A stretch of 64,000 nt of DNA from an uncultured Actinomycetota bacterium (GTDB taxonomy: Bacteria > Actinomycetota > Actinomycetes > Mycobacteriales > Mycobacteriaceae), in contig CAWCJU010000004.1 of NCBI GenBank assembly GCA_963796035.1, positions 535,029 through 599,028 on the forward strand. Reading direction: 5' to 3'. Both the position numbers and the translations under genes were made by a program. This document shows positions 47,903 to 57,010 of this stretch, piece by piece (position 1 is the first letter of the stretch; the number at the start of each line of letters is the position of its first letter). A model generated the notes under the pieces. That model worked only from the letters and a program-made list of their open reading frames with translations, was not told where the DNA came from and did not search any database.

Positions 47903-49027
47903 ATGAAGCTAGGGCAGGTTTTCGATCCGCGAAGTAATGCGCTGAACGCCTGGCGGTTAGCGCTCGCGGCCGAAGTCATCTTCTGGCACACCTACCCGGT
48001 TCGGGGTCACCTCCCGTCGCTGCGGGCCGTTCTGCAGCTTCTACTTTCAATAGGAGTGGACGGGTTCTTTGCGATCTCGGGATTCCTCATCACCGCGAGT
48101 TGGTTGAGCAACCCGAAGCTGCGTGCCTACCTCGCCGCGCGGGCCCTGCGCATCCTGCCCGGCTTCTACGTCTGCATGATCGTGACGGCCTTCGTGTTCG
48201 CCCCGCTCAGTGTGGCGATCCAAGGCGGTTCGGCGGCCAGGCTCCTGTTCTCGTTCGCGCCGTTCGAGTACGTGCTGAAAAACATCGCGGTCATGTGGCT
48301 CAAGCCCGACGTCGGCGGCACTCCGTTCAACATTCCGAATGCGGGCATCTGGAACGCTTCGCTGTGGTCGCTCTTCTGGGAAATAATGTGCTATCTGGTC
48401 GTCGCCGCCATCGGCGTGGCCGGCCTGGCCAACCGTAGGTGGGTGTCCCCGCTGATTTTGGTGGTGGCGGCGATCGGGGCATCGATGATGCCGCCCGTCA
48501 CCTTCCCCGAGGTGTTCAATCGGCCGTCGGGCAACGTGGGCATCGTCCTCGTCTTCATGGCGTGCCGGGCCGCGATCATGTTTGCCGCGGGAGCTCTGCT
48601 CTACCAATGGCGCGACGTGATTCCCGCTCGCTGGTCGCTGGTCGCGGTGAGTGTGGTCATCGTGGCGCTGGCCGGCCAACTGCCGGACTACCGGGTGGTT
48701 GCCGCCGTTCCGCTGGCCTACGCCGTCGTCGTCTCCGGGTCCCTGCTGCACAACAAGCGATTGAGGTTGCGCACAGACCTGTCGTACGGCATGTACATCT
48801 ACGCGTATCCGACCCAGCAGCTGCTCGCGGTGCTCGGGCTGCTCAGCCTCAATCCAATCGTGTTCTGTCTGAGCGTGGCGCTGGCCACCCTGCCGCTGGC
48901 CGCGGCGAGTTGGTTCCTGGTCGAGAAGCCGGCGAGGTCGCTCAAGGCGCGACTCAAACAGAGGTCCGCCGGCTCCCGCGAGCAAGCGGCCATGGCGATG
49001 CCACCGGAGATGCCCGGTGCCGTTTAG
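47903..49027 (+). CDS. Acyltransferase family 3 (OafA-like) membrane O-acyltransferase
   Basis: NALNAWRL, GVDGFFAISGFLI, RALRILP, NASLWSL..E, DLSYGMYIY, SWFLVEKP. Confidence 0.92.
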   Translation: MKLGQVFDPRSNALNAWRLALAAEVIFWHTYPVRGHLPSLRAVLQLLLSIGVDGFFAISGFLITASWLSNPKLRAYLAARALRILPGFYVCMIVTAFVFAPLSVAIQGGSAARLLFSFAPFEYVLKNIAVMWLKPDVGGTPFNIPNAGIWNASLWSLFWEIMCYLVVAAIGVAGLANRRWVSPLILVVAAIGASMMPPVTFPEVFNRPSGNVGIVLVFMACRAAIMFAAGALLYQWRDVIPARWSLVAVSVVIVALAGQLPDYRVVAAVPLAYAVVVSGSLLHNKRLRLRTDLSYGMYIYAYPTQQLLAVLGLLSLNPIVFCLSVALATLPLAAASWFLVEKPARSLKARLKQRSAGSREQAAMAMPPEMPGAV

Positions 49028-49185
49028 CCACAACCGTTGCAGTTTCAGGACGCAGGACGCGGCGCTACCGGCAAAGAATCGCGGGCGGCGAGCTGATCAA
49101 GGCCACCGCCCGCATCGGCGTCCATCGACCTTCGACCCGTACGATGGCGCCGATGACGAGTGGTGGGTAGGCGGGTGGAGGCTGG

Positions 49186-50322
49186 ATGAAGCTAGGGCAG
49201 GTATTCGATCCACGAAGGAACGCGCTCAACGCACTTCGGTTGGCGCTGGCGGCCGAGGTGATGCTCTTCCACTCCTGGCCCACCACCGGCCACATGCCGC
49301 CGAAGGAGACCCTGCAGCTGTTCTTCTCGGTAGGTGTTGACGGGTTTTTCGCAATCTCCGGCTTCCTCATCACCCGGAGTTGGCTCACCGACCCCCGCCT
49401 GCGCGACTATCTCGCCGCCCGCGCCCTGCGCATCCTGCCCGGCTTCTACGTCTGCCTGATCGCGACCGCTTTCGTCTTCGCCCCGCTGAGTATGGCGATC
49501 CAAGGCGGTTCGGCCGCCAAGCTGCTCGGGTCCATTGCCCCGATCGAGTACGTCCTGAAAAACAGTGCGATCGCGTATCTGCAGCCCACTATCGACGGCA
49601 CGCTGCACGGTGCGCCGGGTGGACCCGCCTGGAACGGTTCGATGTGGTCGTTGATCTGGGAACTGCTGTGCTACCTCTTCGTTGCCGCTATCGGCGTGGC
49701 GGGACTGGCCAATCGCCGCTGGGTATCCCCCGCGGTTTTGGTACTGGCAACCCTGGGGGCGTTGGTCCTACCGCCCCTGACATTTCCCGGGGTATGGACC
49801 ATTCCGCAGCTTGCGGTGCGCTCGGCCATCATGTTCGCGGCCGGAGCCGTCATGTACCAGTGGCGAGACGTCATTCCCGCCCGATGGTCGCTGGTCGCGG
49901 TCTGCATTGTCATCGTGGCGGCGGCCGGGGTCCTGCCCGACTACCGGGTGGTCGGTGCGCTTCCGCTGGCCTACGCCGTCATCGTGTCGGGCTCCCTGCT
50001 CAAGAGCGAACGGCTGAGGCTGCGCACCGATCTGTCCTACGGCGTCTACATTTACGCATTCCCGACCCAGCAATTGCTGGCCATCAGTGGACTCGCGACG
50101 CGCCTGCACCCTGTGCTGTTCTTTCTCGTCTCGGTGGCGACCACCCTGCCCCTGGCCGCGGTGAGCTGGTTCCTCATCGAGAAACCCTCGATGTCCCTCA
50201 AACGCCGGCTTCGGATCAAGTGGTCGGCTCCCGTCGCGTCCAGTTCCGACGAGGCCGGGCCTGTCAGCACGCCTGGCGCCCTGGCTGAACAGCCGGCTCC
50301 GGAGGCCCCGGGCGCCGCCTAG
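49186..50322 (+). CDS. Acyltransferase family 3, paralog 2
   Basis: Same motif set; near-identical N-terminus MKLGQVFDPR. Confidence 0.92.
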   Translation: MKLGQVFDPRRNALNALRLALAAEVMLFHSWPTTGHMPPKETLQLFFSVGVDGFFAISGFLITRSWLTDPRLRDYLAARALRILPGFYVCLIATAFVFAPLSMAIQGGSAAKLLGSIAPIEYVLKNSAIAYLQPTIDGTLHGAPGGPAWNGSMWSLIWELLCYLFVAAIGVAGLANRRWVSPAVLVLATLGALVLPPLTFPGVWTIPQLAVRSAIMFAAGAVMYQWRDVIPARWSLVAVCIVIVAAAGVLPDYRVVGALPLAYAVIVSGSLLKSERLRLRTDLSYGVYIYAFPTQQLLAISGLATRLHPVLFFLVSVATTLPLAAVSWFLIEKPSMSLKRRLRIKWSAPVASSSDEAGPVSTPGALAEQPAPEAPGAA

Positions 50323-50372
50323 CCGCGAGCAGACCTGCCCACAGCATCGGGGCCTACCATGGGCGAACGCCG

Positions 50373-51461
50373 ATGGCTCTCGGGCAGGTATTCGATGCGC
50401 GTCGCAATGCGCTGAATGTATGGCGGCTGGTCCTCGCCGCCCAGGTGATGTTGTGGCATTGCTGGCCCATTACCGGCCGCATGCCAGCGGCCCCCACTCG
50501 CCAACTTCTGTTTTCGATAGGGGTCGACGGGTTCTTCGCGATCTCGGGATTTCTCATCACCCGCAGCTGGCTCGAAGAACCGCGACTGCGTGAATTCTTC
50601 ACCGCGCGCGCCCTTCGCATCCTCCCCGGCTACTACGTCTGCCTGATCGTGACAGCCCTCGTCTTCGCCCCGCTCAGCCTGGCGATCCAAGGCGGTGCGG
50701 CAACCAAGCTACTTTTCTCGTCCGCACCGCTCGAATACATTCTCAAAAACAGTTCGGTCGCCTACGTCCAGCTGAATGTCGGTGGAACCCCAGGCGGGAT
50801 TCCATATTCTCGACTCTGGAACGGCTCGCTGTGGTCCCTCATGTGGGAAGCGCTCTGCTATCTCGCGGTCGCCGGTATCGGCGTCGCCGGGCTGGCCCAC
50901 CGGCGGTGGATTTCTCTGGCGATTTTGGCACCGTGCGTACTCGCTGCGACGTTGTTGCCCCCGCTTACAGTTCCCGGGAACTGGACCTTCGCGCAGTTGG
51001 CCGTTCGCTCGGCCATCATGTTCGCGGCGGGAGCCGTCATATATCAATGGAAAGAGGTGATCCCCGCCCGGTGGTCGCTCGTCGCGGTCAGCATCGGCAT
51101 CGTCCTGGCCTCCAGCCGGCTGCCCGATTACCGGGTGGTCGCCGCCCTCCCACTCGCCTACGCCATCATTGTGTCCGGGGCCCTTCTGAAGAGCAGCCGC
51201 CTGAGGCTACGCACGGATTTGTCCTACGGCGTCTACATTTACGCGTTCCCGGCCCAGCAGTTGCTGGCCGTGATGGGGCTCGCCCATCTGCAACCCGTCG
51301 CGCTCTTTCTCGTCGCCGCGGTGGCCGTACTGCCGCTGGCCGCGGCAAGCTGGTTCCTCATTGAAAAGCCCTCGATGTCACTCAAACTCCGGCTCAAGCG
51401 ACGGTGGTCTGGCCGCCTCGCAGCCGAAGTCGGCCACCAAGGCCCCACAACACCACCGTGA
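50373..51461 (+). CDS. Acyltransferase family 3, paralog 3
   Basis: Same motif set; MALGQVFDARRNALN. Confidence 0.92.
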   Translation: MALGQVFDARRNALNVWRLVLAAQVMLWHCWPITGRMPAAPTRQLLFSIGVDGFFAISGFLITRSWLEEPRLREFFTARALRILPGYYVCLIVTALVFAPLSLAIQGGAATKLLFSSAPLEYILKNSSVAYVQLNVGGTPGGIPYSRLWNGSLWSLMWEALCYLAVAGIGVAGLAHRRWISLAILAPCVLAATLLPPLTVPGNWTFAQLAVRSAIMFAAGAVIYQWKEVIPARWSLVAVSIGIVLASSRLPDYRVVAALPLAYAIIVSGALLKSSRLRLRTDLSYGVYIYAFPAQQLLAVMGLAHLQPVALFLVAAVAVLPLAAASWFLIEKPSMSLKLRLKRRWSGRLAAEVGHQGPTTPP

Positions 51462-51786
51462 GCGCCTCCGCCACCACGCTGATGACCGCGTACGGTGCCG
51501 GCTCCCAGCCCCGTTCGGCGAAGCCGGACAGACCAACGGTTCGAGACAGCGCGAACGCGACCAGCGAACCGGCGGCCACCGCGGCGCCGGCCCAGCGCAG
51601 CCACGCGGGACCGCCGACCAGGATCAGCAACGCGATCGCGAACGACACGCTGGCCTGGGCCATGAATGCCGCGCCGATCTGCCGAACGTGTTGGTAGCCA
51701 TGCACATAGAGGTAGGCGTGGCTGGCGGCGCTGGCGGTCAACGACGCAGCGAGGCCGATACGGACCAGGATGCTCGTCAAAGTCAT
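51394..51786 (-). CDS. Small four-helix membrane protein of unknown function
   Basis: Hydrophobic segments, SHAYLYVHGY, SRTVGLSGFAERGW; ATGA-coupled to the phosphoesterase. Confidence 0.75.
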   Translation of the reverse strand: MTLTSILVRIGLAASLTASAASHAYLYVHGYQHVRQIGAAFMAQASVSFAIALLILVGGPAWLRWAGAAVAAGSLVAFALSRTVGLSGFAERGWEPAPYAVISVVAEALTVVLWGLGGRLRLRGGQTTVA

Positions 51787-52715
51787 TGCAGTGTCGTCTC
51801 CTTCAAGGCCAGGGCGGCTGCTCCCCTGGTGTAGCTGACCTCACGGATGCCCAGCGCGTCACGCAGCTTGCCGGCCGGCAGCGTCACCGGCTTGGGCGCG
51901 GGCCCGTCGCCCGGTCGCGGCAGCGGGTAAGCGGTGGTGGTGCCGCTGTAGAACGTGACGTTGTCCTCCGTTTTGGAGAACAGTTGGTGGACATGGCCGT
52001 TCAGGCACGTGACCGAGGAGAAGCGGCGCAGGTAGCTCAGCGCCTGGGTGGCATCGTCGGTGCCCCAGCCCCATTGCGGGTACATCGCGAACAGCGGAAT
52101 GTGGCTGAACACGATGATGGGGGTATCACTGGAAAGACGCGCGACGTCCTTCTTGACGAACTCCAACTGATCGGCACCGAGATGGCCGAGCTTGCGCAGA
52201 TTCAACGTGTTGACCAATGCGATCAGGTGTACGCCGGCGATGTCAAGGCTGTACCACCCGTCGCCAACGGAGCCGGCGCCGAACGTGTTTCGGTACTTCT
52301 GGCCCGCGTCATCGATCGAGTCGTGCTCCCCCGGCACGGTGAACACGTGCGGCGTCTTGAGACCACTCATCATCTGCTTGACCTGGTCGAACTGCTCCGG
52401 GCTGGACAGATGGGTGAGGTCACCGGTGTGGATGACGAAATCCGGTGTGTAGCCGAGGTTGTTGACCTGATCGATCGCGTGGCTGAACGTCCCGGCGACG
52501 TCCGGATTGGGCGCCCCGGTGAAACCGAGATGGCTGTCGCTGATTTGGGCGAACCGCAGGGTGGGCCGGGCCACCGTGTGCTGCGCCGCCGCCTGGCCCG
52601 CCACATGCGAGATGACCTCGCCGCCGGTCACCGCGAATCCCACCGCCGCTCCGAACCATGCCGTGTGCCGGATGAGCTGGCGCCGCGTCATGGAGTTCGA
52701 GTCACCGCGCGTCAT
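51783..52715 (-). CDS. Tat-exported metallophosphoesterase (CpdA/Icc-like)
   Basis: TRRQLI twin-arginine signal; SDSH, GDLTH, GEHD, FSHIP, NGHVH motifs. Confidence 0.9.
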   Translation of the reverse strand: MTRGDSNSMTRRQLIRHTAWFGAAVGFAVTGGEVISHVAGQAAAQHTVARPTLRFAQISDSHLGFTGAPNPDVAGTFSHAIDQVNNLGYTPDFVIHTGDLTHLSSPEQFDQVKQMMSGLKTPHVFTVPGEHDSIDDAGQKYRNTFGAGSVGDGWYSLDIAGVHLIALVNTLNLRKLGHLGADQLEFVKKDVARLSSDTPIIVFSHIPLFAMYPQWGWGTDDATQALSYLRRFSSVTCLNGHVHQLFSKTEDNVTFYSGTTTAYPLPRPGDGPAPKPVTLPAGKLRDALGIREVSYTRGAAALALKETTLQ

Positions 52716-53110
52716 CCCGTCACCACCACGGTGCCGCGCATCATCGGGTGGATCGAGCAGACGTAGTCAAAAGTCCCGGCGGTGGAAAAGGTGTGGGTGA
52801 ACGTGGCCCCGGTTCCCATGCCGGGAGAGTGGAACGAGCCGTCGCTTGCGGCCACCGTATGGGGTTCTTCGTCGCGGTTGGTCCACGTGACGGTGGTCCC
52901 GGCGGGCACCGTCAGGGTCACCGGCGCGAACGCGAAGCCGTCGATGCTGACCTGGTCGCCGCGCACCGGCGCCGCCGGTGCGGTGACCGACATCTCGGTT
53001 GTGGGCGCGGCGGTGGTCGCCACCGGCCGTGGCCGGGAGCAACCGGCCAATAGCAACACACCCACGGCCGCCACGGCGACCACATGTCTTCGAAGCATGC
53101 GGATATCCAT
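52712..53110 (-). CDS. Cupredoxin (amicyanin/plastocyanin-like) lipoprotein
   Basis: Lipobox LLAGC; VTWTNRDEEPHTV; YVCSIHPMMRG type-1 copper ligands. Confidence 0.9.
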   Translation of the reverse strand: MDIRMLRRHVVAVAAVGVLLLAGCSRPRPVATTAAPTTEMSVTAPAAPVRGDQVSIDGFAFAPVTLTVPAGTTVTWTNRDEEPHTVAASDGSFHSPGMGTGATFTHTFSTAGTFDYVCSIHPMMRGTVVVTG

Positions 53111-53127
53111 GCCCAGAGATAGGGCGG

Positions 53128-53137
53128 CGGGTTACAC
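53128..53137 (-). promoter_or_regulatory. Putative ECF -35 element GTGTAACCCG upstream of the cupredoxin gene
   Basis: Identical 10-mer also upstream of the ECF sigma gene. Confidence 0.55.
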
Positions 53138-53140
53138 CGC

Positions 53141-53848
53141 TCAGGCCGGCCGCTCGGGGCGCGGCGGCGCGAATACCTCGATGACCCCGTTGACCTCACG
53201 AACCATCAATGCGGGCAACGGCTTTGGCGCTATCGGCAACTGATGGGTAAGCACCTGGCCGCCTGGTGAGAACGACGTGGTGTGGCAGGGGCAGCGCAGC
53301 GTGTCGTCGGGTGCGTCGAACCACAGCTTGCAGCCCTGATGGGTACACACCCCGGAGATCGCCTGGATTTTGCCGTCGACGCGGCGGACGAATCCGGTCA
53401 CCGAGCCGAGGTCGAAGGCGTGCATGACGCCGTCGGGCACATCCGCGCCGGCCGCGACGCGCTGCCAGCTGCCGTCGTTGGGCGTGAGTTGCCCGGCGGC
53501 GACCCCGGGAATACGGCCGTCGCCGGGTGAGCCCGCGATCAGCGCGCGATCGACGGACACCGCGGCGACCGCCGCGGTGGCGGCGGCCGACGTGCCGACG
53601 ATGACCTGGCGACGCGTGCTGCCGCGTCCACGCGCCGTTTTTGTTGGCGCGCCCGACATCTGCTCGGCGATACGGTGGTGTAGATCGGTGACGAATTCCT
53701 GGCGCGGCGCGTCACCACCCTCGCGAGCCGCGCGCAGCTCGATGGCCGTGCGAAGCTGTGCGGCCTCGAAGTCGTCGGGCGCGAACGGCCTGGGCCGGCG
53801 CCCTCGCAGCAGATCGTCGACGTAACGTCGCAGCCCTCGCGCATTCAT
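53141..53848 (-). CDS. Rieske [2Fe-2S] domain protein with N-terminal helical domain and internal twin-arginine/TM segment (putative anti-sigma factor)
   Basis: CTHQGC and CPCH Rieske motifs; STRRQVIVG followed by an Ala/Val stretch; ATGA-coupled to the sigma gene. Confidence 0.85.
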   Translation of the reverse strand: MNARGLRRYVDDLLRGRRPRPFAPDDFEAAQLRTAIELRAAREGGDAPRQEFVTDLHHRIAEQMSGAPTKTARGRGSTRRQVIVGTSAAATAAVAAVSVDRALIAGSPGDGRIPGVAAGQLTPNDGSWQRVAAGADVPDGVMHAFDLGSVTGFVRRVDGKIQAISGVCTHQGCKLWFDAPDDTLRCPCHTTSFSPGGQVLTHQLPIAPKPLPALMVREVNGVIEVFAPPRPERPA

Positions 53849-54396
53849 GGCTGCCCCCCATCGTTGACCTGCGCCGCCAGCCGCAGGGCGCGGTGCTGGA
53901 GCACTTTGGCGTTGGACACACTGATCCCGAGTTCCGCGGCCGACTCCTTGATTGAATTACCCCGCAGGAAGCGCGATTCCAGAATCTGGCGGTAGCGGTC
54001 CGGCAGGCTGTCCAAAACCCGGGCAACACGCTGCGGCGCGGTGCTGATCGCGTCCTGGCTGTCGGCCGGCTGTTCGACGTCCTCGATGGAGGTTATCTCT
54101 CGTCCCAGCGTCTCGCGCCAGTGCGCTGCCAGCACCGTCCTGGCCGTCGCCCGCAGGTACGCGCGCACCTCGGCGACGCTCGCGGTCAGCCGCAGCGGCC
54201 GCAGCGCGGCGAGGAACACCTCGGCGGTGAGGTCTTCGGCGTCGGTTTGGTTGCCGACGCGCGCGAACAGCGTGCGGTACACCCAGGTCATGTTGTCCTG
54301 GTATACGGCCTCCCAGCTCGGGTAGCCGTCGTCATGGCCACGGTCGGGCACCGCGCGCAGGGGTCGCGGGCCGAAGGGTTCGTTTCTTGCCGCCAC
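53845..54396 (-). CDS. ECF RNA polymerase sigma factor
   Basis: Region 2 DAEDLTAEVFLAAL; region 4 LPDRYRQIL...ELGISVSNAKVLQHRAL; GAAGGAGG RBS. Confidence 0.92.
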   Translation of the reverse strand: MAARNEPFGPRPLRAVPDRGHDDGYPSWEAVYQDNMTWVYRTLFARVGNQTDAEDLTAEVFLAALRPLRLTASVAEVRAYLRATARTVLAAHWRETLGREITSIEDVEQPADSQDAISTAPQRVARVLDSLPDRYRQILESRFLRGNSIKESAAELGISVSNAKVLQHRALRLAAQVNDGGQP

Positions 54397-54425
54397 ATGC
54401 CTCCTTCACCCGATGAATATCGACT

Positions 54426-54435
54426 CGGGTTACAC
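54426..54435 (-). promoter_or_regulatory. Putative autoregulatory ECF -35 element GTGTAACCCG
   Basis: Identical to the motif at 53128-53137. Confidence 0.55.
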
Positions 54436-54438
54436 GGG

Positions 54439-55863
54439 TCAGGGCGCCGCGAGCGCGGCTTCGGCTGCCATCAGCTGATCGAGCTTGGTGGCGGTGGCGG
54501 AGAACACGGACTTGGCGATGCTCAGAATTCGATCGCGCACCCGGGGCTTCGCCGAGGCCGACGGCAGCAGGTGCCCGATCAAATGGCCGAACAGGTCGAG
54601 GCGGGCCGCGGACAACCACGACATCAATTCCGGGTCATCGAACCAGCTCAGCTGGTTGCTGTAGTCGGCCAGCGCCAGCCGCAACCAGTCGAGGTCGGTG
54701 TCCGGATGCGGCAGGGGCACGCACAGCTCGTTTTTCACGGCGTCGTCGGAGTATGCGGCTTCGACGTGGGCGATCAGCGCGGCGCTGAAGATCTGTTGGC
54801 AGCCGCGCACACTTTGCAGCGTGATGCTCTCGGAATCGAAAATGGGTGTGGGGGGCCGCTTTTCGGCCCCGTCCGCGGTGCAGTCGATGTACAGCTCGTC
54901 GCCGCTGACCGCCACGGTGCCACCATCGAGGACCATCCTGCCCGCCTCGATGGCACGCAGGTGGCCCATGCGCACCACGTCGGTGATGCGGCGCAGCTGC
55001 TCGAGTTCGAGCCGGGTGACGGTCGCGCATCGGTACATGGCGGGCCGGACCGCCGGATCGATCCGCAACAGCACGCCGGCATCCTCGAGACGCGCGAACA
55101 GATCCTGCACCGAAGCCGCGTCGTTGATCGCGCGAAGTTGTGCGGTGAAGCCGGCCTTGATCTTGTCGGCGAACACCGTGCCGGGCTGCATCGTCTCGCG
55201 GTCCAGCAGCCAGGAATCGCGCGGCATGATCCAGGTCAGCCGATCCGGCCCGACGCCGTGACTCAGCAACCACAGGCACGTATCGATGCCGGTCTTGCCG
55301 GCCCCGACGACGACGTAGCGCTCATGCGCGGCGAGCCCGGGCAGGTCGTTGGGCGGCACGCATGCGACGCCGGCGGCGACCTGGTACGGGGCGCGGCGCA
55401 TCGCCGGAACCGTGACCCGCATGTAGGTGGCGTCGACGACGCGGCGCGTCACGCGCACGGCGTGGTCGGCGCCGCCCAGCGTGCGAAACCGGCCGTCACC
55501 GCGGTATTCGCTCATCGGGAAATAGCTGACCCGGCCGGTCGGCAACCACTCCCGGCGCATGATGCGGTCGTAGTACGCGCAGATCTCGCCGGCGGTCGCC
55601 AATTCGTAAAGGCCGCGGTTCCAACCTACTTGGTCGACGGTGTCGCTACCCAGCCTCGACGAGTTGACCCCGTAGAACGCCGAGGGCTGATGCAGCCGCA
55701 CGAACGGGTAGGCCATGGTCCAGTGCCCACCGGGCGCATGGTGTCGGTCCACCACCACCACGCGGGCCTCCGTCGCTGAGGTCTCAGTGACCAGCGTGTC
55801 GATGAACGCCATACCCATGGCGCCCGCGCCGACCACCAGGTAATCGGCCTCGATGGTGTACAT
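54439..55863 (-). CDS. FAD/NAD(P)-binding oxidoreductase
   Basis: VVGAGAMG, PGGHW...YPFVRLHQPS, VVGAGKTG. Confidence 0.88.
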   Translation of the reverse strand: MYTIEADYLVVGAGAMGMAFIDTLVTETSATEARVVVVDRHHAPGGHWTMAYPFVRLHQPSAFYGVNSSRLGSDTVDQVGWNRGLYELATAGEICAYYDRIMRREWLPTGRVSYFPMSEYRGDGRFRTLGGADHAVRVTRRVVDATYMRVTVPAMRRAPYQVAAGVACVPPNDLPGLAAHERYVVVGAGKTGIDTCLWLLSHGVGPDRLTWIMPRDSWLLDRETMQPGTVFADKIKAGFTAQLRAINDAASVQDLFARLEDAGVLLRIDPAVRPAMYRCATVTRLELEQLRRITDVVRMGHLRAIEAGRMVLDGGTVAVSGDELYIDCTADGAEKRPPTPIFDSESITLQSVRGCQQIFSAALIAHVEAAYSDDAVKNELCVPLPHPDTDLDWLRLALADYSNQLSWFDDPELMSWLSAARLDLFGHLIGHLLPSASAKPRVRDRILSIAKSVFSATATKLDQLMAAEAALAAP

Positions 55864-55909
55864 ACCCGATACAGGCTAACCCCACTTGCCGGCCGCGCGG
55901 CGGAAGTAG

Positions 55910-57010
55910 CTATGCCACCCGTGCTTCGACCACGCTCAGCGGTGAAGCGGTTTGAACCACCCGCGTCATCTGCAGTCCGGCTCGGCCCAGTAGGGCTTGG
56001 TACTCGTCGGCAGTGCGTTCGCGGGCCCCCAAATTCAGTAGCATCTCCAAATCCACCCATTTCCCCGGGAAGTCACGGTCGTGCTTCGGGATGACCAATT
56101 CGATCAGGAGCACCGCCGCTCGGGGGCCGGCCGCCGTGCGCACATTGCGCAGGATCTGAACCGCCTTGTCGTCGGGCCAGTCGTGGAGGATGTTCTTGAG
56201 GATGTAGGCATCCCCACCCGCGGGAACGCTGTCAAAAAACGACCCCTCGGCGATACGTACCCGGTTGCCGACGTGGTGCTCGCCCAACAGCCTTGGGGCG
56301 TCCGCTACTACCCGCGGCAGGTCGTACAGGACGCCGCGCGAAGCCGGTGCCCCCGCCAGGATGGTGGCCAACAGCGGGCCGTGTCCACCGCCCACGTCGA
56401 CGATCGTGGAGTAGGTGCTGAAATCGTAACCAGCGACCACCGATCCGTCCGTGAGCTCCGAAACACTCGTCATCGTCTGGTTGAAGAGTTCGGCAAGCTC
56501 GTGCTGCCCGGCGAAGTAGTCGAAGCTCTCCATGCCGCGCAATGTCGGGACGACCGTATTTCCGGTTCGGATCGAATCCACCAGCAGGGTCCAGCGTTCG
56601 CGCTGCTCGGCCGACCCATAGAACTGCGCCGCGCAACTCATCGAGATGGGTGCGTCTGAACGCAGGGTGGCGGCAAGGGAATTCAGCTCATAGCGTCCGT
56701 CCCGCCGATGTCGGAAGATGCCCTTGCCAATCAAGGCCCGCAGCAGCCGACGTAACGCATCCCCGTCCGCGCCTACCCGGGTGGCCAGCTCCTCGAGCGG
56801 CAGGGGGCCGTCGGAGAGCGCGTCGGCGACGCCGAGTTGGGCCGCCACAGTGATCGCCTGCGACGTCCAGGTTGCCACGATCATCTCCATCATTGCCGCC
56901 GGCGCGGGGATGCATCGTTGATGGAGCCGATGCAGGTAGTGGCGCATCCGCTCAACAGCGCGGGCCAGCCTGGCGGGTGGCACCATGGGCGACTTGCTCA
57001 CGTTGTTCAT
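55910..57010 (-). CDS. SAM-dependent O-methyltransferase (COMT-like, with dimerisation domain)
   Basis: VDVGGGHG, GSFFDSVP, LKNILHDWPD, RERT. Confidence 0.93.
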   Translation of the reverse strand: MNNVSKSPMVPPARLARAVERMRHYLHRLHQRCIPAPAAMMEMIVATWTSQAITVAAQLGVADALSDGPLPLEELATRVGADGDALRRLLRALIGKGIFRHRRDGRYELNSLAATLRSDAPISMSCAAQFYGSAEQRERWTLLVDSIRTGNTVVPTLRGMESFDYFAGQHELAELFNQTMTSVSELTDGSVVAGYDFSTYSTIVDVGGGHGPLLATILAGAPASRGVLYDLPRVVADAPRLLGEHHVGNRVRIAEGSFFDSVPAGGDAYILKNILHDWPDDKAVQILRNVRTAAGPRAAVLLIELVIPKHDRDFPGKWVDLEMLLNLGARERTADEYQALLGRAGLQMTRVVQTASPLSVVEARVA

